IMG/VR virus record: IMGVR_UViG_2684622620_000011
Location: 1-9,345 of that record
Length of the DNA stretch: 9,345 bases
Strand: one strand, 5' to 3'
Source of the DNA: a virus
Lineage: Duplodnaviria > Heunggongvirae > Uroviricota > Caudoviricetes
Positions 1 through 6,737 of this stretch are shown here, piece after piece. Numbering within the stretch: the first letter of the stretch is position 1; every line of letters starts with the position of its first letter. Under the pieces are notes generated by a model that saw only the letters and a list, made by a program, of their open reading frames with translations, did not search any database and was not told where the DNA came from. A program made the position numbers and the translations under genes.

Positions 1-25
1 TGAACCGCCCCGGGTTTCCTGGAGA
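1..25. repeat. Terminal inverted repeat of the left IS copy (orfB-proximal end)
   Basis: TGAACCGCCCCGGGTTTCCTGGAGA matches the reverse complement of 1286..1310 at about 22 of 25 positions; positions 1-13 and 17-25 are identical. Confidence 0.8.
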
Positions 26-42
26 GTGTTTTATCTGTGAAC

Positions 43-933
43 TCAGGCTGCCAGATCATCGTTTCCGATGGAAGCATAATAAGCTTTTTCTGCTTCTGCC
101 GGAGGAGTATGGCCCAGCCTTCCCAGCAATCGTCGATTGTTATACCAGTCCACCCACGTTAGTGTGGCCAGTTCCACTTCTGCACGGTTTTTCCAGCTCT
201 TACGGTGTATTACCTCCGCTTTGTAAAGACCATTGATGCTCTCAGCCATCGCGTTGTCATACGAGTCGCCTGTACTCCCTGTTGATGCCAGTAATCCGGC
301 TTCTTTTAGTCGCTCCGTATAGGCCAGTGACACATACTGAGAGCCTTTATCGCTGTGATGGATGGTGCCAGACGGACGACGGGCCCACAACGCCTGCTCC
401 AGCGCATCCAGCACGAATGTCGTTTCCATAGACGATGAGACCCGCCACCCCACGATGTATCCGGCAAACACATCAATGATAAACGCCACATAGACGAAGC
501 CCTGCCATGTGCTGACGTAAGTAAAATCAGCCACCCACAGCTGGTCAGGTCGTTCTGCCACGAACTGACGGTTTACGCGGTCGCCTGCGGCAACGGCTTT
601 CCGGCTGATGGTCGTACGGACCTTTTTACCCCGGAGAACACCGGCAAGTCCCATAACCGCCATGAGACGTGCCACTGTACATCTGGCCACCCTGATTCCT
701 TCCCGTAACAACTGACGCCAGACTTTACGCACACCGTACACCTGATGATTTTCATCGTATACGCGCTGTATCTCTCTCTTCAGCCAGTCGTCGTGCTGCG
801 CACGGGCACTGCGTTTATCCGGATGATGTCGCTGTTGCTGACAATGGTAATACGTTGACGGGGCAATATGCAGTTCGCTGCATACCGGTCCGACCCCGTA
901 CTGCTCACGCAGCTTATCCAGCAGTGGCATCAT
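43..933 (-). CDS. IS3-family transposase OrfB (DDE/integrase catalytic domain), 296 aa
   Basis: ATG start overlaps the orfA stop by 4 nt (ATGA). Protein shows integrase-core hallmarks (W..DFTY, HSD.GSQY, ...[10 protein letters not shown]). Identical to the ORF at 8413..9303. Confidence 0.9.
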   Translation of the reverse strand: MMPLLDKLREQYGVGPVCSELHIAPSTYYHCQQQRHHPDKRSARAQHDDWLKREIQRVYDENHQVYGVRKVWRQLLREGIRVARCTVARLMAVMGLAGVLRGKKVRTTISRKAVAAGDRVNRQFVAERPDQLWVADFTYVSTWQGFVYVAFIIDVFAGYIVGWRVSSSMETTFVLDALEQALWARRPSGTIHHSDKGSQYVSLAYTERLKEAGLLASTGSTGDSYDNAMAESINGLYKAEVIHRKSWKNRAEVELATLTWVDWYNNRRLLGRLGHTPPAEAEKAYYASIGNDDLAA

Positions 934-1256
934 TTTTTCCAGAGGCGGTCGAACTCCGCCTTCGCAAAATAAGCGGAAGCCTGGCGAAGGATATCGTTAC
1001 TGCGGCGCAGTTCACGATTTTCACGTTCCAGCTCTTTCAGACGCTGACGTTCAGCGCTGGTGAGCCCACCATCACCGCCCCCGGTATCCCGCTCATGCTG
1101 GCGAACCCAGACACGCAGAGTCTCCGGCGTACAGCCAATCTTTGGGGCAATGGAACAAATTGCCGCCCACTGTGAGTCATATTCATCCTGACTTTCCAGA
1201 ACCATACGAATCGCCCGCTGACGGACTTCGGGGGAAAAACGAGTATTTTTAGTCAT
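930..1256 (-). CDS. IS3-family transposase OrfA (HTH and leucine-zipper DNA-binding subunit), 108 aa
   Basis: Starts [22 protein letters not shown]... with a helix-turn-helix region and a heptad Leu repeat ([18 protein letters not shown]). Identical to the ORF at 8090..8416. Confidence 0.9.
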   Translation of the reverse strand: MTKNTRFSPEVRQRAIRMVLESQDEYDSQWAAICSIAPKIGCTPETLRVWVRQHERDTGGGDGGLTSAERQRLKELERENRELRRSNDILRQASAYFAKAEFDRLWKK

Positions 1257-1285
1257 CCTGTTTACCTCTTTCTCAGGGAGTTTAG

Positions 1286-1310
1286 TCTCCAGGATTTCCG
1301 GGGCGGTTCA
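1286..1310. repeat. Terminal inverted repeat of the left IS copy (orfA-proximal end)
   Basis: Reverse complement reads TGAACCGCCCCGGAAATCCTGGAGA, an imperfect match to 1..25. Confidence 0.8.
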
Positions 1311-1619
1311 AATTGAAGTAAGTTCATTTTTAGGTGAAGGAGTGATATCTTCGCTTCCAAAGATCATATCTTGGTATTGTGCCCAATTTTGGCGAATTTC
1401 GAAATACATATCAACATCATAATCCTGCCCTCTTAGTTCATCATCTGAAGATATATTCAATGTCTTTTTGAGACCGATGATGTTAAAGATCCACTTCTTA
1501 CCACCTTTAATGAAGTATGCCCCAGTATATGCCTCTTCATCTGGTACAGCCTCATAACCTAAATTTAATGCTAATTGTATCTGTTCTGCTAATGTAAAAG
1601 GCTCTTTCCATCCACTCAT
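1308..1619 (-). CDS. Hypothetical small protein (103 aa as read), probably 3'-truncated by the IS insertion
   Basis: ATG at 1619..1617 with an AGGTAGGT Shine-Dalgarno-like sequence upstream. The in-frame stop TGA is formed by the last 3 nt of the IS terminus (1308..1310), so the native C-terminus is probably missing. AT-rich codon usage like the neighbouring 221-aa gene. No recognisable domain. Confidence 0.55.
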   Translation of the reverse strand: MSGWKEPFTLAEQIQLALNLGYEAVPDEEAYTGAYFIKGGKKWIFNIIGLKKTLNISSDDELRGQDYDVDMYFEIRQNWAQYQDMIFGSEDITPSPKNELTSI

Positions 1620-1707
1620 AGCTTATTACCTACCTGTGAACCTGTTTGCTGCATGAAAAACAATATAATAAAGCGTTATTGAAGACTATGATCCAAGTAA
1701 ATTTAAT

Positions 1708-1730
1708 CAAATACGTTTATAACGTATTTG
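1708..1730. promoter_or_regulatory. Perfect 10-bp inverted repeat with a 3-bp spacer (CAAATACGTT-TAT-AACGTATTTG), candidate operator
   Basis: Arms 1708..1717 and 1721..1730 are exact reverse complements. It lies about 90 nt upstream of the 1619 start codon, in the 320-bp intergenic region between the two AT-rich genes. Confidence 0.35.
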
Positions 1731-1939
1731 CCTAAACAACTTCCAACGTATGATCCGCTTCTCGCTCTCAGCAGACCTTTATCTGCAGGTGCTTGTCTGC
1801 TGTGTTCCAGAAGCAGATATTATTATATAACTCTTTAACCCATGTATGACAAAATATTCTTGGAGCTTATTAAAACTTCATACGTCTAAATCACCTCTTC
1901 ATTAGTGAATCAATAATTGTATAGTTAAAATGTAACACT

Positions 1940-2605
1940 TTATTTTTTATGATTAACTTGCTTTGCTAAAGAGCTATAAATCATATCAACCAAAACATAT
2001 TTTTCGCATTCCCAAGGTTCACTAATAGATGGGTTTACTAAGTCTGGCTTCCCCCCCATTAGTGTATGAACATGCGAATAAATACCTATTCTTTCTGCGA
2101 GCTGCATTATTTTTATTTGATGTTCTGGTGGGAGCATTTTGTTTTTAAACCATGTTGTAAATATATGCTTGGTAAGTTCCTTAGTACAAACAAACCATTC
2201 ACCTTGACGTCTTTCGTTGCTAAATTTTTCATGAAGATAGTTTTCTTTTTCTGAACCACCTGGTTCCAAAGCGTGTAATATTAATTGACCAAATGCACCT
2301 GTCTGCAGGTTAGACAACCTTTTTAGCACATTATTGGAACGCCCTATTTTCACATAAAGTCCCGAGTAAGGGTTATTTTTATCTGAAGAACCGGCCCAAG
2401 TATCAGGCACTTGTAAAATATAATAAATACTACTTACTTTCCCACTCGATACATTATTTGCCCAAATCTGCCATTCTTCCATCCAGCTTTTTGCATCTTC
2501 TCTCGTGTCAAAGGCATGACTTGTATAGTAAAATTCACCAGTATCCAAGAACATATCGAAAACATATTTGCCATTCTCTATAATTCTTAAGTTGTCGGCT
2601 TTCAT
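1940..2605 (-). CDS. T5orf172/MUG113-domain (GIY-YIG superfamily) protein, 221 aa, with N- and C-terminal extensions of unknown function
   Basis: Central motifs IYYIL...GLYVKIGRSNNVLKRLSNLQTG...YLHEKFSNERRQGEWF fit the T5orf172 pattern (G-x-Y-K-I-G, R-x-x-x-L, H-x-x-F...R-x-GEWF). ATG at 2605 with a GAGA-type ribosome-binding site. Gene and flanks are strongly AT-rich compared with the rest of the window. Confidence 0.75.
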   Translation of the reverse strand: MKADNLRIIENGKYVFDMFLDTGEFYYTSHAFDTREDAKSWMEEWQIWANNVSSGKVSSIYYILQVPDTWAGSSDKNNPYSGLYVKIGRSNNVLKRLSNLQTGAFGQLILHALEPGGSEKENYLHEKFSNERRQGEWFVCTKELTKHIFTTWFKNKMLPPEHQIKIMQLAERIGIYSHVHTLMGGKPDLVNPSISEPWECEKYVLVDMIYSSLAKQVNHKK

Positions 2606-2809
2606 GGAAGTTTCTCACAAAGTTACAGGAATATATAAAAACTTTACTACGCTTAGTATATATTACCACCTGATTATGTATTATTTGATTTACACAACTT
2701 ATTGCTAGTAATAACGGTTTTGATGTAATCTTCTCATCCCAAACTAACCTTCAAAATAGATTTAATCTAAATTATATCAAAATATGCTCTCAGTTAAGAT
2801 GGCTTATTT

Positions 2810-3007
2810 TTAATCAGTTAGAGGATCAACCTGATTTTCTCTAATAAGATTTCGTAACGCAGTACGAGCAGCCGCGACTTCTGTCATTCCATTTAGAACC
2901 ACGCTGGAATGCCCTCCTCTAACCCCAAAGACTGTGACCATATCCTCTTCACGGAAGTATTCTGCTTCATACTGAAGGCCATCTTTCTCTACGCGAATAT
3001 ATGACAT
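2810..3007 (-). CDS. Hypothetical small protein, 65 aa
   Basis: ATG at 3007 preceded by GAGG about 6-9 nt upstream. Composition is like the phage backbone, not the AT-rich block. No recognisable motif. Confidence 0.5.
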   Translation of the reverse strand: MSYIRVEKDGLQYEAEYFREEDMVTVFGVRGGHSSVVLNGMTEVAAARTALRNLIRENQVDPLTD

Positions 3008-3633
3008 AACAACCTCATTTTATTATCTTTTGTTTGAATGATATATCCACAAAATAATTTAAGCAATCTCGCCCAAGACGGTACGCCAAGCTTGCCTTGT
3101 AAGTATACTGTAAATATTCCGATAAAACTAATCATTCGCTTTTAGCGCATGTCCAAAAAATGGTTCAGGTATCCTATCGTGCCAATATTCGCTCCTCACT
3201 CATAGCGGCTTTCAGGCAAGTTAACTAGTCCGCTCGGTGCCATATAGAGCCATGGTTATTAACAGCAGGGAATAATTCCACACTGAAATTAAATGTCTAC
3301 CTTTTACAGTAGAAATAGTTCCTCCAGGACACTATCCATTGCCGGGCACAATCACTCGGGGTATAACGATATAAAATATGTTCATGATAGTGCAGGTTCG
3401 TATATTAAGTTCAGCAGCGAAAACATGCCTTACAGGTTTCCGGTTTTGGGAGCGTCGTTACAGGATCCTGTGCATACCGTTCCCATCTGTTGAATTAAAG
3501 GTTTCACAGCCTTTGCCGATATCACCTTTTACCTTGCCTGTGATGCGTTCAGTGCTCAGCGTTGTTTACTGTAGCTCTCGGAACTGATTACAGACCGCGT
3601 CTTAAAAACCAATCCTTACTCTAAAGGGAATTC

Positions 3634-4557
3634 ATGAGATTAAAATACTCAGTACTCTTACTCGCCATTGCCCTTACAGGCTGTGATAACAAAAAAGATG
3701 AGATCGGTTGTTCTTCGGAAATGACCCAATCAGCTCTCATGGATTTATTAAAAAAATCTGCTTATGAAGGACTCTCTGAACAGGTCGATAAATACCCTGA
3801 TGTCACTAATCAGACCAAACGAAGCACACTGGACAAGATCAAACTAGCCGTCTCTGAAATCTCCACAACATCAAGTGACACGGGCAGCACAATGAAAACT
3901 TGTGAAGGGACCGTGACGATGACTCTACCTGCGAACGAGTACATCCAGCTTTCTGATGCTTACCGAAAGAATTTTAATCGTAATCTCGATAAGCAAATGG
4001 AAAATCTGTTTTTGGAGAACAACGCAAACGCCTTTTCAAAACGTATCACCTACACCGTGCAGGCGACCGACGATCAGAAAAACGTTTTTGTAAAAACCTC
4101 TTCTGATAATCCGATATCAGTGGGCGCCGCTTTACTGACATCGCTTTCCATTATCAACCCGATCGTTGAGCAGCAGAAAATCCAGCAGGCTAAGGATGCC
4201 CAACAGAGTCAAATTGAAGCGGAACAACAGGTGCAACTCAGGGCACAGGAACAGGCCAGGTATGAGGCGGAGAAGCAAATAGAGAGGCAGGCACAACTTC
4301 AGCCGCAAAAAGCTGAAAGCCTTGATCAGTCCCGAATGGCATTTGCGAATGCTGACTCTGATTTGAATACAGTCTGGGGCAGGTTAACGCCGGCGAAGAA
4401 AAAAGAGTTGCTGCCTTCTCAGCGTCAGTGGATCAAAACTAAGGATGCTATGTGCGGTAAAGTTTCAATGCAGGGAACAGATGCTGAAGTCAAGAAAATG
4501 GTCGACTGCCAGACGCAAATGACCCTTTCAAGAATCGCTTTCCTCAGAAACCAATAA
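3634..4557 (+). CDS. Lipoprotein with a Q-rich coiled-coil middle and a C-terminal DUF1311/LprI-like domain, 307 aa
   Basis: N-terminus MRLKYSVLLLAIALTGC has a signal peptide and lipobox (LTG-C). C-terminus LLPSQRQWIKTKDAMC...VDCQTQMTLSRIAFL matches the DUF1311 signature (Q-x-x-W-x-x-x-R-D-x-x-C ... C ... T-x-x-R). AAGGGA ribosome-binding site 7-8 nt upstream of the ATG. The only long plus-strand gene in the insert. Confidence 0.8.
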   Translation: MRLKYSVLLLAIALTGCDNKKDEIGCSSEMTQSALMDLLKKSAYEGLSEQVDKYPDVTNQTKRSTLDKIKLAVSEISTTSSDTGSTMKTCEGTVTMTLPANEYIQLSDAYRKNFNRNLDKQMENLFLENNANAFSKRITYTVQATDDQKNVFVKTSSDNPISVGAALLTSLSIINPIVEQQKIQQAKDAQQSQIEAEQQVQLRAQEQARYEAEKQIERQAQLQPQKAESLDQSRMAFANADSDLNTVWGRLTPAKKKELLPSQRQWIKTKDAMCGKVSMQGTDAEVKKMVDCQTQMTLSRIAFLRNQ

Positions 4558-4571
4558 CTGAAGTTTCCTTC

Positions 4572-4605
4572 AAGCTGGCGCCTGGTGTTAACCTGGTGCC
4601 AGCTT
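4572..4605. terminator. Candidate hairpin between the convergent lipoprotein and anti-repressor genes
   Basis: AAGCTGGCGCC...GGTGCCAGCTT forms an 11-bp stem (one G.U pair) with a 12-nt loop containing GTTAAC. No clear U-tract on either strand, so the terminator call is weak. Confidence 0.3.
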
Positions 4606-4734
4606 AGTCATCAAGTACATACGTAACAGTTTTACATGGGCGGTACTTTGACAGAGTATTCGGCCTCGTGCTGGTTGTGACTAAATACCTTTTTAAGCGC
4701 AAATAGAGTATAACCGCGCCAAACATTCAACCTG

Positions 4735-5523
4735 TCAAAATGCTGAATCAGCAACGGATACAACCGACTTTTTCCCCATTACCATCAATTTATCCAGCGT
4801 CATACTTCGCAGGTTGTCGCTGTGGATCACCAGATACCCTGCCCGCTCAGCGATCTCTTTGAAAGCGTCAAACGTCATCAGATGTTCGCCTTTGGCAACA
4901 TGGCGCATCCTGGTCACTTTTCCATTTTTGATAGTGGTGATAAAAGAAAAATCTGGAATGGTTGGCTGATTTTCATCGAGTAGCAGGCAGTGGATGTATT
5001 CAATCGCCTCTAACATTTGCGTCTGTGACAGTTGTTCTATGTGAGAGACGGCGAAGCGTTGATGAATCATGGTGTAGGCATCGGGATACATCATGCCTTT
5101 CTTACCGACCAGCATATTAACGGCATCACGTAAGGGAGTACGGTCATCGGTAGTTGTACTCCGCCTCTCTGGACGCTGTCTAAAATAACAATCTTCCAGC
5201 TTTTCGAAAACTTCCCAGGCCTGTTCTGTTTCCAGCATTTTGGCATGGCGAGCTGCGCCGCGTTCTGTCCAGAGAATGAGGGATCGGGTATGTTTAGCAA
5301 CTGACTGACTATCTGTCAGTCTGTTTTTGAAGTCGCGTAATTCATTACCTTCCAGCTTAAAAAAATGCTTTCCTACGACAAATCTGGCGATGTTGCGCTT
5401 GAAGTTTTGCTGGATACCATTTACTTCCGTGCCATACAAACTGGCAAGCAATTCAGTAGTGATGACGGGAAGTTGGTTATGATGTAGCGGAGAAAGGGAT
5501 TCCGCAGATATTTGGATTGTCAT
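4735..5523 (-). CDS. Phage anti-repressor-like regulatory protein (ORF6N/KilA-type N-terminal domain), about 262 aa
   Basis: The N-terminal region (...ELLASLYGTEVNGIQQNFKRNIARFVVGKHFFKLEGNELRDF...WTERGAARHAKML...) resembles ORF6N-type anti-repressor domains. Start chosen at ATG 5523 (MTIQ...), which has GTGAGG 8 nt upstream. The ORF track extends the frame to 5571, but that start is a TTG; another ATG at 5553 has poorer spacing. Confidence 0.65.
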   Translation of the reverse strand: MTIQISAESLSPLHHNQLPVITTELLASLYGTEVNGIQQNFKRNIARFVVGKHFFKLEGNELRDFKNRLTDSQSVAKHTRSLILWTERGAARHAKMLETEQAWEVFEKLEDCYFRQRPERRSTTTDDRTPLRDAVNMLVGKKGMMYPDAYTMIHQRFAVSHIEQLSQTQMLEAIEYIHCLLLDENQPTIPDFSFITTIKNGKVTRMRHVAKGEHLMTFDAFKEIAERAGYLVIHSDNLRSMTLDKLMVMGKKSVVSVADSAF

Positions 5524-5683
5524 CGCAGTGGCCTCACTTAGTGTTTTTTTCATCACCACCAGCGACGCCAATCATCTGGTGGTGAACTGTGCAGGGTTGG
5601 CGTAACCGGCTAAGTGAACCCGGCGCTTCCGCAGAAGCCCCCACACAGCCCACCATAATGCGAATGTGGCCGTGCCTAACACA

Positions 5684-5707
5684 TAAAAAAACCGCTAACG
5701 CGGCTAT
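5684..5707 (-). terminator. Candidate rho-independent terminator (minus strand) downstream of the small-gene operon
   Basis: Minus strand reads AGCCGCGTTAGCGG followed by TTTTTTT. The stem is short (4 G-C pairs plus possible G.U/A-U) with a 4-nt loop and a T7 tract, about 100 nt after the stop of the 5796..6017 ORF. Confidence 0.3.
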
Positions 5708-5795
5708 GCGTCACTTAGATATCCGGGACGCCAATCCCGGCAACCGATTTTGCGGCTGCGCGGAAACTATAGCCCCGGGCTTTTTCTAAGTCAAT

Positions 5796-6017
5796 TCAAT
5801 CAACTTCAAACCTCCGGTGTTCACATTCCATACACTCAACGGGAACATCATCGCGATGCAAGTCCACATATCCGACCCGCTTATACAACTCAATAATGTC
5901 CGGTAACGTGACCAGATGTTTTTCCGGTTCCAACACCTCAGCCCTGGTTACTTTGTAATCTGAAATATAGAGCACTATCCGCCCGTTCCGTGGTAACTCC
6001 AGTTTATCGCCAAACAT
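5796..6017 (-). CDS. Hypothetical small phage protein, 73 aa
   Basis: ATG at 6017 with GGAGGGAAAGGA Shine-Dalgarno sequence immediately upstream. Last gene of the minus-strand operon. No recognisable domain; C-terminus has a CxxC (CMEC) pair. Confidence 0.6.
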   Translation of the reverse strand: MFGDKLELPRNGRIVLYISDYKVTRAEVLEPEKHLVTLPDIIELYKRVGYVDLHRDDVPVECMECEHRRFEVD

Positions 6018-6091
6018 GTCCTTTCCCTCCGGGAAACCAATGATATTGACGATATTACACCCACAAAGATTCGTTTTACGTCACTCCGCAA

Positions 6092-6208
6092 TCACCATAC
6101 ATACGTACCAATCCGTACATTCCCACCACAAAAATGGCATTCGGCGGGCACTGGTAATGGATTTTTAACGCGTGCTATTGCCTTGCGACGTATTTTCAAT
6201 TCACTCAT
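6092..6208 (-). CDS. Possible unannotated small ORF, 38 aa (MSELKIRRKAIARVKNPLPVPAECHFCGGNVRIGTYVW)
   Basis: ATG at 6208..6206 overlaps the stop of the upstream ORF (ATGA) and is preceded by GGGAGG 5 nt upstream. Below the 60-aa cutoff of the ORF track. Contains one CxxC pair. Translated by hand. Confidence 0.35.
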   Translation of the reverse strand: MSELKIRRKAIARVKNPLPVPAECHFCGGNVRIGTYVW

Positions 6209-6429
6209 ACAGCCTCCCTGCTCTCAAACGGGCGAATATTGGTTGGTTCTCCACACGGAATGGCCCAACCCAGCCAGGTAAATATTTTCAGATCACACAT
6301 CGCGTCATACCGTTCGCCCGGATTCACATCCACCATGCTGCAGGCAATTTCATATTGTTCACCATTATCAGTCAGTGCGATCTGGTCATTAATAAACCGG
6401 GGCACAAATGCAAGAAAAAGCTCTTTCAT
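6205..6429 (-). CDS. Hypothetical small phage protein, 74 aa
   Basis: ATG at 6429 with GGAGGA Shine-Dalgarno sequence; ATGA overlap with the upstream gene, consistent with translational coupling. Confidence 0.6.
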   Translation of the reverse strand: MKELFLAFVPRFINDQIALTDNGEQYEIACSMVDVNPGERYDAMCDLKIFTWLGWAIPCGEPTNIRPFESREAV

Positions 6430-6737
6430 GAAATCCTCCGCTCAAAATAAACAAACTGATTCACCGCTCCGATCGGCATTTCGAGTTTTTCCGCGATATC
6501 CTGGCGATTAATACCCGACTGATGTAATTCCCTTGCCAGCTCGACATCTTCCTGTAGGTATTTCGCTGACTGGTGATAATTACCCCGCAGATACATACAG
6601 ATTTTCAGCTCGCGCGCTTTTGTGCGTACCGACGCAGCGGTTCTGCCAATAAGCTGCCCTATACTTTCAACTGTCATGCTGCCTGCACATTGTTTGATGA
6701 TTACGACTTCCGCACGCACCCACCGTTTGTATTTCAT
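6426..6737 (-). CDS. Hypothetical phage protein, 103 aa, possibly DNA-binding (two helix-turn-helix-like segments)
   Basis: ATG at 6737 with GGAG upstream; ATGA overlap with the upstream gene. Segments SIGQLIGRTAASVRTKAREL and NRQDIAEKLEMPIGAVNQFV look HTH-like by eye only. Confidence 0.55.
   Translation of the reverse strand: MKYKRWVRAEVVIIKQCAGSMTVESIGQLIGRTAASVRTKARELKICMYLRGNYHQSAKYLQEDVELARELHQSGINRQDIAEKLEMPIGAVNQFVYFERRIS

Larger units (their letters stand above)
1..1310 (-). mobile_element. Complete IS3-family insertion sequence, IS629/IS1203-like, 1310 bp, with orfA and orfB on the minus strand
   Basis: Ends are 5'-TGAACCGCCCCGG...CCGGGGCGGTTCA-3', the TG...CA termini typical of the IS3 family. 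Contains overlapping orfA (108 aa) and orfB (296 aa, DDE transposase). Its sequence is the reverse complement of the copy at 8036..9345. Assignment to IS629 is from memory of the OrfA/OrfB sequences and the 1310-bp length. Confidence 0.9.

Noticed and set aside
306-1175. ORFs inside the left IS overlapping or antisense to the transposase genes (306..491 and 573..755 on the minus strand, 855..1175 on the plus strand), plus their mirror images in the right copy (8171..8491, 8591..8773, 8855..9040)
   Set aside because: They lie wholly within or opposite the well-supported orfA/orfB frames and are most likely chance open frames in GC-rich sequence.
1771-1802. Imperfect inverted repeat CAGCAGAC...GTCTGCTG, and a CTGCAGGT 8-mer shared with 2300..2307
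   Set aside because: Short arms with a 16-nt spacer; a shared 8-mer is expected by chance in 9 kb. Not strong enough to call.
2066-2254. 62-aa plus-strand ORF inside the T5orf172 gene
   Set aside because: Antisense to a well-supported gene; low-complexity Phe/Lys-rich translation typical of chance frames in AT-rich DNA; no ribosome-binding site.
3293-3587. Two overlapping plus-strand ORFs (66 and 69 aa) in the 626-bp gap
   Set aside because: They overlap each other in different frames, have no convincing Shine-Dalgarno sequence, and their translations are not protein-like. The region is treated as non-coding or degraded.
5091-5300. 69-aa minus-strand ORF nested within the anti-repressor gene
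   Set aside because: Alternative frame inside a longer, better-supported ORF.
5589-5789. 66-aa plus-strand ORF in the intergenic region upstream of the anti-repressor gene
   Set aside because: Ala/Pro/Arg-rich translation typical of a GC-rich non-coding frame; the hairpins here are better explained as regulatory or terminator structure. A small RNA cannot be excluded.
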